This document shows, piece after piece, positions 49,101 through 64,000 of a stretch of 64,000 bases of DNA. The stretch's first letter is position 1. Each line of letters starts with the position of its first letter. Location of the stretch: assembly GCF_964355755.1 (NCBI RefSeq), contig NC_092679.1, positions 18,087,432-18,151,431 of the forward strand, written 5' to 3'. Position numbers and translations under genes: made by a program. The DNA is from Antedon mediterranea. Lineage: Eukaryota; Animalia; Echinodermata. The notes beneath the pieces are model-generated. The model saw nothing but the letters and a program-made list of their open reading frames with translations. It was not told where the DNA came from and did no database searches.

Positions 49101-51689
49101 AATTTTGTTCTAACGCTGCAGCCAAATATAGCATACTAAAACCTCAATTCTATAAGCACATATTTATAATATTTAAATAAACTTGTAACCTCTTTTCAAG
49201 ATGTTTTGCACTAGCATTTTTGTATTTGAGTTTTGTTATGAATATTTTTACTCTCAATTTTATATTTTTTTTGCACTTACACACAATTAAAGTTTATTAT
49301 AATTGCACTCTAATGGAAAAGATGTTATTTTACAAAAGTTACTCAAGTAAATTGTTCTTTTATAATACAGAGTAGAACCTTAATAAGGGACGGACATTTT
49401 CAGGGCCCAACAAAGCATCTCCTTAAAGATGTATTGTCCCCCAGAAACATGAAAAATGATAATTAATTAAATCAGACTTTGAATAATGACTTCCGTAGAA
49501 AAAAAACGAAAAAAATAATTTTTTCACTCATAAAATAACATAAAATGGTTAAATTCAACCAAAAATCCATTGCCTGACAGCCAATTTAGCAATTTTTTGG
49601 CTTAAATTACAGTTTTTTCAGGTAAATAAATTTGGTTTTGATGCAATTTTTGGTCAAAGTGGATAACCATTATGTGACATTAAAATGGCATATCCAACAA
49701 CAAAAATTTTAAAAATTATTTTTCATGGGGACAATACATCTTTAAATTTATAAGGACGTTCCCTGAATAGGGGTTGGCTGTAGTGACTGTTAACAACACA
49801 ATATTTTCTTTTGTTTGTTTTACAGTAAAGTGTCCCAAAGGAGGGGTTCAATTAATTAAATATGGTAAAATGTTTTCTTGGAAGATATACTCCTTTACTA
49901 ATTAAGAGAGAACACATTCATTCATAAGGGAAATGACCTCTACACTGAAGATCAGTAAATCAATGTGGTTATAAATTATATCACAGTATCAATGGAAGGA
50001 CTAAAATCATCTAATGAATGAAAATAATTACCTTTCTACAACCTTTTTTCTGAAATTGATATTGTTTCATCAGCCGATGTCTAAAGAAGAAATCATGTAA
50101 CTTTTCTTGTCTGAAATTACTAATTACTATATTTTATTCATCATGCAATTTTGTTCACAAATTCCTGCTGACGATGCTACTACTGTATAGGAATTTGTCC
50201 CAGTTAAATTAATTACCTATACATAAGGAAAAATATGCCAAGGCTTCAAATCCACACAAGCAAATAGCAGTAGTTTTTTCATTTTTAGTTTAAATCTGAA
50301 AAACTTTCAGGGGAAAGCAGTTTAATTTTAAAGCAAAGGTACTTGAGACTTCTGCTTCAACAAATTTACTTGCTTGTTAGTTGGTTCCTAGTTAGACACC
50401 ATTGGTAGTGGATAAAAAAAAGTAAATTTCTAGCCTTTTTGTTAAATATTCCTTTCCACAAGTTGAGTTCATATTAGTCGTACATTACAGTATCAAACAT
50501 ATTCTTGGCACAATGACCAGGGTAAGTGTGTTTTAGCTGCCTTTGCACCTCACTTTCTCAGAACTCACTATTTGTTTGATATTACAATACTTTATGCAGG
50601 GGATAGGCTGGGTTTCTGGCACCTATGGCGTGTCATACGTACTGGAATTTAGACACCTATCTGGAGCATAAAAAGGAAAATAAGATTTTTGGCCAGTTTA
50701 TCCAGGAGACTGTACAAGTAATATAAACACCAATAGCAGAAAATGAATTCACTTAAAACATTATATGTTGCATTTTATTTTATTTTTTTTCTTTCCAACC
50801 CTTTTTTGTTTACTTTATTATTGAAACTATAGGATGGATACTTTAATTAAAACTATAACATTTATTAAAAAAAGAAATTTACATTTACAAATAATAAAAG
50901 AAAACAAGATTTAAATTTTACAATTATTGCTACCCAAACTCGTTATCCCAATTTACAAAATTCCTATTAAAACCAACATAGCTATGCATAGAGCAGCATT
51001 TCATTCACTACCTTTAACTTTCATTCATCAACAGATTTTGTTAATTACCAGTTCTATGGTTCATTCATAAATATATGATGACCATCTCCGAGCAAGCAAG
51101 ATTATTACAGTAATTGAAACAGACTGAGTAATATTAAATATTCTTGTCCCCCTCTCCTTGTCCCCCTCTCCTTGTCCCCCTCTCTTGACAACATATGTAA
51201 CATAATAAAGTATCAAACCATTATTTTTAAAACAGTACAATAACCAATTCAATAGGACATGCAATAGTCGTCAGTGCATTAAACATAGGCAGTGCAATAT
51301 AGTCATCAGTGAAAAATGTTTTAGTTTCTATATAGGCTACATGTAAACGAGATTATTAAACCCACATAATCTAAAGCCATAAATCAATTTAGTACAATGC
51401 ATCATTGACTAAATTTATTAAACCGGCTAGGGATTATGAATTGTATTATAATCTGTATTCAATTTGAGCATAGCAAATGGGTACAATCATTACACATTTT
51501 GTCTGTAGTTCCTGCAGGAGCAAGTGTGCAATAGTTTTATACAGTAAGTCTACTTTTTGTTTATAAATATCTGTTCAATTTACATATTTGTGCTTGGTTT
51601 TTAGGACTTGCTCTGATGCCATTTAGTGTGGATTGGATAATTACATCTTAAAGAAATAACAGCGTGAATGCTTTTTCCATGTGAGTATA

Positions 51690-52070
51690 TTGTGTGGTTA
51701 CCATGCGATAACTTTACTATTGCATGAGCATTATACCTCATGTGTGCATTGCATAGCTATGAAACAAAATTACAATTTGACTAATGAATGAGCATTTATA
51801 TCTCATGCATGCCTATCATGATTATAACTTGATCATCATGTAAGCATTACATGCCTATCATGTGATTAAAACATGACTATCATGTGAACATTGCATGCCT
51901 ATCATGTGATTAGAACTTTAATATCATGTGAGCATTGTATACTGATCATCAGATTATAACATTATTTTGTGAGCATGCCTGCCATGTGATTATAACTTGA
52001 TCATCATGTGATTATAACTTTACAATCATGTGAGCATTGCATAGCTATCATTACAATAATGACTAATCAC
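51690..52070. repeat. Degenerate ~40-bp minisatellite downstream of the YY1 stop
   Basis: Recurrent atcatgtgagcattgcatgcctatcatgtgattataacttga-like units. Confidence 0.7.
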
Positions 52071-53071
52071 GATCACTGCCAGACGTACGTACCGTAACAC
52101 ATGAGCAATAAAAGACATTTACATCATTTTAAATAACATCATCCCGTAAATGAGTTTATAAAGAATTAAGGAATAAAATGAAGGCACTATTAGCTACAAG
52201 AATGTACTTAAATTCAATAATCCTGAACAAAACACCCATTTGACCAATCATAAGTGACAATTCAAAAGATCATTGGTCAATTGCTTGCGTTGCTTACTTA
52301 ATTTCTATAATCTTGAACAAAACACCCATTTCTTTTATACATCAATATACAGATATGACAATACATAATTAATTCATTACAAAAGAAAGTTATTTAAAAT
52401 AATGTGATTTATGTAATAATAATCACAAGTTTATGAATTGGCATATTTACATAAGTCTATTCTTTGTTTTACATTTCATTTACAATAGAACACTTTGGTT
52501 CCAGTTTTTCATTTTCGCCCTCAAGTCAGGACAAGATACCCACTCTGAATCAAAATTAGTAATAGCCAAATGTCTCGATTATATAGTATTATCTACAATA
52601 ACTATGGTAAGGAGAACCATTATTATTTTCTAGTAAAAGAGCAAACTGTCCTCACGGTGGATGCACAAGCAAATGGTATCAGCATAAAACTTTGTTCTCA
52701 CTTTGATGCAACGAAAGGACGTAATTTAACCAATCACAATGATGATCCTTGTGTTGCATTCTGGTGGGAACCAAGGTTTATGCAAAAGTTAAACAACACT
52801 AAATTGTTACCATATGTTCTTGCTGAATAATGATTTCATGAAGGGACCTAAAATGGTACTTGCCACCTACAATGAACAAATTTGCATGTAAGCATGCGTA
52901 TACAAGTTTATGCCTCTTAATTGCCTTAGCGCTAGTTGCTAACTACTGTTTAGTCACAGGTAGCTTGGGATAAAAATGATTATTAAGTGTTTGAACAGCT
53001 TTGTGAACTATAGAAGTTGACTCAAAGAGCGGGAAATCAAGCGCAATCAATGTTTGTATTTGACGACAAGG

Positions 53072-56979
<3,908 letters not shown>

Positions 56980-57457
56980 TCATGAATATTCAATAGAATC
57001 ACGTGATGTGATGAAGAATTTACTTATGTGCGCTGCGGCATGGATGAGTGACAGTTTTGAGTATTTTGCATATGTGCATAAAGTTTATAAAAAATACATT
57101 TGATGTTATTCATTTTACTGTATGATATTAACGTGGATTGTTACAACAAAATGGTAGTCCATTTTTTCAGTATCGTACTTAAATAAGGTATTGTGACCAA
57201 TTTATTGACATAATATAATATTAATAAATTATCTATCATTATTAACAAATTTGCAAGGAAGTCCATGAATAAAAATATTAGACTAAAATGTTACCTCATT
57301 CCGTCCTCTTTCAATTTATTTAACAACAATACAACATGCTAAGTTGCGTCAATAAATTGGTAGACAGAATAGAAAAAGAAGTTTCTGATAGAAAAGAAAA
57401 TGTGTTTGTCGCCCTCTATTGCAGGCGTGAAAAATGAGTCTCGTTCCCGGCCGGCTG

Positions 57458-58694
57458 GCGATTTTTTTTTTCGTACATAAGTTGGGGACCCCATCATGAA
57501 ACGTCACAAAATAAACATGAATAATTCATCAGTTAAATTTTCTTGTTCCGTGTGCACCCAAGCGTATAGCAACAAGAAGTGATTACACAAGTGCGGTACG
57601 ATTCTAGGCCTATCTCCGCTGTGGTTGCCGCGTGCGATTTCATAATAGAATAGCGGAGTTTTGTGTGGATTGTCGAAATAATCAGCCTTTAGTTTATGGT
57701 GTTTTTAATATAGTTTATTACTAAAGAATTACGTGTTAAAATTATAGTTTCTATTGATACTATTAGGCCTAATTACTAGTCTCTAAACCCCTGTATATTC
57801 TAGTACAGTAGTAGCTGTGTGGGTGTGTGTGACTTGTGTCTTTGGGCTATGTCCAATTACTACTTAGTTTAATGTCTTGCCTAGCTGTCGATTAGCCTCG
57901 ACACATTTTGCATAGTGGACGTGTGTGTGAAGAAGAGTGCGCGAAGGCAATCACGTGAATTGACCTAGAATCCTAGGCCTATTATTGTAGAAAGAATCGT
58001 ATCGCAGTTGTTGTTCCGTGTGCACCCAAGCGTTCTTGGACATAGCCCAAAGAAAGCTTAGACCCACAAGAATAAAGAATGTGTTTAATTTGTGTACTGT
58101 ATTTTTTAAATTCTGCTATCAATTATCAAACAATATGCAATGTACTCAAAGGAACTTTAAAAATGCGCGTATATGAACACATGAGATGGGAGGATTTGAC
58201 CCACGAGAATAAAAAATGTATTTTTGTGTAATGTTTATTGTTTAATTTTGCTGACTTATTACTCGGATTGTGTCATACCAAAGATAGTGTAACTATTACC
58301 AAAGATAGTGTAACTATCTTTGGTCATACCTAACACACACACACGTCACACACATCCACACAGCTACTACTAGAATATACATGGGTTTAGAGACTAATAA
58401 TTAGGCCTAATAGTATTAATAGAAACTATAATTTTAACACGTAATTCTTTAGTAATAAATTATATTAAAAACACCATAAACTAAAGGCCGATTATTTCGA
58501 CAATCCACACAAAACGCCGCTATTCTTCAACAGCGGAGAAAGGCCTAGAATTGTACCGCACTTGTGTAATCACTTCTTGTTGCTATACGCTTGGGTGCAC
58601 ACGGAACAAGAAAATTTAACTGATGAATTATTCATGTTTATTTTGTGACGTTTCATGAGAGGGTCCCCAACTTATGTACGAAAAAAAAAATCGC
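57458..58694. mobile_element. Non-autonomous Mutator-like (MULE)/foldback element
   Basis: Inverted arms of about 370 bp beginning GCGATTTTTTTTTT, a 9-bp TSD GGCCGGCTG (57449-57457 and 58695-58703), and no ORF. Confidence 0.85.
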
Positions 58695-61600
58695 GGCCGG
58701 CTGGCCGGCTGCATAGATCCGGGTGGTTGTGAATATTAATTTTGTGAATTATTTTGATCTTTTTTATTACAGCGCCATCTATAATCGAGTAAATCTACAT
58801 CGAAAGTTTGGGTGGGGCTAACAAAGTTTTAGTGAAATTTGTGATTATTGATTTATAAAAGAGATTCCAAGAAAAAATTAGAAAGTACCACAAAAAAAAA
58901 AAAGTTAACTACAAATCTATATGTTACCAAATTTACTAAATAAATTTAATTTATGAATTGTTTGTCTTTTTAAAAACCATGTGTCTAAATATTTGAAATG
59001 ATGGACGTGCTTGGCATGGGATTTATTCAAAGCATTCATGGATATACAGGGAAAATGAGTCGTTTTCGATTGGATACTGGGCGGGATTACATTAGGGCTA
59101 AGGTAGTGGTGGAGTAACCACGGTATTCGTCGAATCTAAAACACACGCATACATATTATTTAACCATAATATATACAGTATGTATTTTAAAAACTAATGA
59201 ATGAAAACAATTTAGCCTGATCCCAATTACTCTCATCGCGTTTTTAAATTCTTAGGAAACGTAATACTCGAGATGGTCCCTTAAACACATAGGCGTTATT
59301 TTGGAAGATTCCAATCCAATGCGTGACTTTGCTACCACCTTTATAACCTTGGATGGAGCATCTATCCTAGCGGGGGTTAAACTGCAACTTAGCTCTTCTC
59401 TAACTAGGTAGCAGCCTACGTTTTCGCAAGTTTAATCGTCAAATTTACCTGTATTTGTTTTTAATAAAGGTAGACCTATACGTCATCTTAAGATTTTCTG
59501 AAGGAAATCAACGCTTTCGAAGATTTTTAATGGACTTTTGGTAAATAAGCCGTTTCCAAGACAACAGGCCGAATTAAAAGTAAGTGTTTTTTTAGCATTC
59601 ATTCAAAGTACGTATATTATAATATTATAGACATCTTCTGCATTTTAATTCTCAACAATTATCGTATTGTTTTACAAATTTTAAATGCAGTCGAAAAATC
59701 TGCGGAGATGGATGCATGCATCACTCTCTTCGTAGTATACTTTAAATAAAGTGCAATTACTCAATTTGATCATTGATGTCACGATGAGAGGGAGATACGT
59801 ATTTTCATCAATTTATTATTTTTTTTTTGTAATGATTTTAGTGGCCCTTCCTATTGTGGGGATCATATTATATTCATAACCAGAGGATTAAGGATACAAA
59901 TATAGTGTAGAGTTTAGCGCCGAGTTAAGATATTGAAATTGATATGAGGTCCATGGTAATATATATATTGTAGTATTTATGTTGAATTTACAAAGAAAGG
60001 ACCCCGCCCCAGCTAGACTAGTTGACCTACCACTAGCTAGATGGATACCTACATCAGGGAAAATACCTACATGGAGTAATCGTGTTACCATGGATTCTAA
60101 TCTCCGTGACGTAACCCAACAATGGTTTATTAAGGCCTAATAAATAATTATGTCACAGAAAATAACCAAGTTGATGATGAGTTTAGCCATTACGTAGATT
60201 AACGTCTGCAAATGTATTCAATCAATATTGAAACCATTGTGTGAACTTTTAATGGAGATATTACATTCATGAATTTAAGTATGCAGAATCATGGAGGTAG
60301 CCCGGCCCCACCCTCTTGGCTGAATTGTCATCAGTTGGAGACTGGGGGGGGGGGGGGTGTCTTTTTCATCAATGTTAGATATTAATGTACTAATAGTCTT
60401 TCTAAGGGAAAATAACGTCATACCTTTTAAATTGATGATTATGAATAATTGTGACGTTAGTTTTACCATGGAGAAATAAGTCTATAGATTTACGTTATAA
60501 TTTCATGTATAATAGATGGCTATAATGGATAACATTTTCTCCGTAATTCCATTTATAGATGGCTAGTTATAATAAGGATAAAAGTTGATATGCTAAACAT
60601 ACCGTAGGTCTATTATTAATGCAAAGGATGAAAGCTGTGTCCATCTATCGTGCTGAGATTCCATAATTAATTCTATAAAGATGTAACACTTGTTTCCCGA
60701 GAACATTGTTAATTGGATTGATTAATCCATACATTTTAATCAAAACGCTTGAGTACACTATTGATGTCCAAAAAGCAACCTCACTTTGAACTAGGCTATT
60801 CGTGGTTTGTGTGTGTGTTTATTTTGAAATCTGAATCGGATTTGATCGACCATTACAGTACTGTAAACAAAATATATTCTGGTAAATTTCCTACTTGGTG
60901 GACGCAACGCAAACGCTTTTTTGCCAATTAATTAAGTTTGGCCAAGTTTTTACATAGTAAGTGCGGCGTAACTTTCAAGGGGGACATCTGGTAAACAAAC
61001 AAGAGGGGAGAGGGTGAACAAACAAGGGGGAGTGTGGGGGAGGGGATAATACAGTATGTACCCCTATTCAGAGGACTCTAAAATGGGACACATTGCCGGG
61101 TCCGGAAAGTGCTGCTTATTATAGCACAAACGCGCGCGAGCGTCGTCAACTTTGTACGCTTCGTAGTGTTACTATATTTAATATTGTAGAAATTTTTTTA
61201 ATGTATAGTATATTGTTTATATCCATTTTGTTATTGTTGTTGTTTAAAATAACATGAAATTAATACGTTGGCAACCAGTAGAAGATATATATTATATATC
61301 CATGCCTAACATACAAATACTCTGCATTGTTTTGTTTTACGGTTGTGTCTGTTTATTTATTTTAACTAATAGCAATTACATGACATTTGAAACGATACGG
61401 GTTCACGTAGGAACGTGGCACGCATAACATGTAAACAAATAGAAGAAAAACCACAAAGTTTTAAAGTGGGGATATTGACACCACCAGTGTTACGGCATGC
61501 AATTTTTTTTTTTCGTTCCTCCATCGGTTTGTTTCGGAGGCAATTGACTTTTCGGTAAGGCTGCTCACACGACATACCCTCGATGTTCCCCTTAAAATAT

Positions 61601-64000
61601 TGTTTAACTGGAGAAGGGGGAAAATAATCTCATCTTTAATAAACATAAGCAAATATTTTGTACATAAGAACCGATTATAATTATAAATAAAGCTTCAGTT
61701 TTCCTCATTAAGAACTGCTAAACAATTTTTAAGATAATTAAGAGAAATAGTTTAAAATGTCAGCTCTGTTTAAATTAAAATTTTAAAGGCACTTAACTGG
61801 AAAACGAAGATCTGTTAAGATGAAAACCCACGAGTACCGTAGTTGCTAAGATACCTTCCAAACAATATGCTAATTCCTGTGTTTGAAATATAAGCCGTTA
61901 ACTATTACGTAATACGTTCTTTTGTAACGTGATTACGTAATCTGAAATTGATTGTTTGTCATTCATTGTTAGGGTTCTATTTTTAAGTGCATCTTAGTTT
62001 ACCATTCATTGTCTTAACATTGTATGTTTTGTGAATCAAAGGCGTCAGCTGCGGCGTTAATGTACATGCTTATAGAACAAAGAACTAAAGGTAAAATTTA
62101 CTACCTAAAACGTAATTTTAATTGCATATAATAATCATAGGCCTACACCTGATCCAGGACGTCCATGTTGAAACGTTGACCCTGTTGTGGTGGGTAGGCT
62201 TTTGAGCGAGTGGTTAATATCAATTTTTAATCATAATGTTTGGATCCATAAATTATAAATACCATTATATTATAGGCTTACATTGAGGACATCTAATAAT
62301 GTTATTGTTTCAGAATTTTAAAATCAGTATTAATTCCCAGACCCAGATTCATTTGGGGCTATCCTACATAAATTAGGGCCTATAAATACCAAAAGGCCTA
62401 CACATAAGATGTCTAACAATGTTATTGTTTAAAAATGTTTAATCAGTGTTAATTTCCAAATTCCATTAGTTTAGTTCAGACGGGTAAGTTTAGGCGGTGT
62501 GTGCCTTTTTAACATTTCAACAACGAATCAAATCGTTTTTTTCCATTGATTCCTACGTCGAAAAATCAAAATCAAATTGACTTAGTGCGTTTATATTGTC
62601 TGTTCAATGAACCGCGCCATCTTCTTCACTCGTCTACGGATTATACCATTATGATATAGGCTTACATTGAGGACATCTAATAATGTTATTGTTTTAAAAT
62701 CAGTATTTTCCAGATTTCATTAGTTCCTTTACGTTGAAAAATCAAACTGAATTGACTTGTTCAAACGCTAATCGTTTATGTTGTCTGTTCAATGGTCTGC
62801 GGCGGATTCAACAACCAGTGTTAATCTTGTTAATCGCGTGTAGTTCACCTCCTCAAGGCGTTACTATAGTGAAATATAAAAACATGGATGCCTTAATTTG
62901 TTGTGACTGCCAGCCGAAGCAAACAGCTGTTTTAGTGCTTAATGTCATGGGTATGCACGATATCTTCCACGCCAAGCCTTCGAATAATAATAATCATTTA
63001 ACTGCATAAATTGAATACAAAATAACTTTAGATCACACATTTAAATATTTCAATATATAAATTCGCTGGCACAGAACAAATATAAACCGCTCGGTGATAC
63101 AGTATATATAGATACAGAAAATTACTAAATTTAGAAACTATACTATATAGGGTAAAGAACCTTCGATATACGTCTTTTCAACACAAGTTTCACATTGATA
63201 TACCCCGGCAAGTTTCCTTTCCTGAAATTGCGTAGCCTATCCCCCCATCGCACGAACACATTGTAATTATGTGTCGGTCAAAGTATGGAGAGTCACCAAT
63301 GATAGTTTGTTGTGGGGGTTCCAACTTCAAACCAATTTCTTCTCATTCCGTTGTAATATCTCTCCCACACATATGAAATGTGTGGGAGTGTTAGAGATAC
63401 AAACAAGTAAATTTACTTTAAAATGTGCCATAAAGCAGTTACCGTGTTGTATTGATGACCTTGGGTGTCAAAGTACTCCCTAAAATCAATTTATAATTGT
63501 TAAGAACGAAAAGGCTTGGTACCCCTCTAAAATCTATACAATGAGGTAAAATTACAGGCCCAAAATGATCAGCAATTGCTGAATGGATCACCCTCATTAA
63601 ATATGGTGCAAATAAAATAAATAAATCAAATAAAACAAAGCAACGGTTTGTATTGTAAAGTTTGGTTACCATTGGCAAAAAAACGCAACACGACGCAATT
63701 ATCGATGATGATCCGTTGCGTCGGGATGATGTTTGCCTTACGAACGGCGTTGCGTTAACTTCAGTGTGAACCAAGCTTTAGAGCTGTGTCATACAAATTG
63801 GCGTTGTACTCTACACGAGAAGTCTAAATGCTAAATACCGTATGTTACTTTTTACAATTATGCTGAATATATTAATTTTGAATATAAATGCTTTGTTCAG
63901 AAATATAATTTAATTTGAAAGCGTAACGTATGCGTTGTCGGCACTGCTTGCTATTACGTAACAGTAGAATTATTAGCATACTGCATCGATCGTCCCTGGC

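Noticed and set aside
59280-59600. First exon of a gene divergent from YY1 (donor-like aaaa|gtaagtg near 59580)
   Set aside because: No supportable reading frame or downstream exons recognised in 59.6-64 kb.

Overview
AT-rich metazoan genomic DNA with spliceosomal GT-AG introns; it looks like an invertebrate, but the taxon cannot be fixed from sequence. Bases 1-35.3 kb hold a minus-strand tandem cluster of candidate signalling receptors. It has six single-coding-exon type I proteins (signal peptide, 3 Ig-like domains, TM, cytoplasmic tail): three intact, one running off the window, one split by a TIR transposon and one with a single nonsense codon. Several leader, D3 and tail gene fragments lie among them. 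Five ectodomain-less N-anchored proteins follow, with juxtamembrane Cys and Tyr-motif tails resembling LAT/PAG-type transmembrane adaptors. Ectodomains, TMs and tails are shuffled between members, including a near-identical ectodomain pair with an ITIM tail versus a non-ITIM Tyr tail. Immediately after the cluster, on the plus strand, lie the last five coding exons of NPHP1; no upstream exons are visible, so the cluster may be nested antisense in an NPHP1 intron. Next come a 4-exon SLC25A29-like carrier (+) and a 5-exon YY1 (-), convergent as in human, with clustered YY1 sites in YY1 intron 1. The window also has many MITEs and LINE remnants, a 372-bp satellite inside a MITE, and two Penelope-type minimal hammerhead ribozyme motifs.
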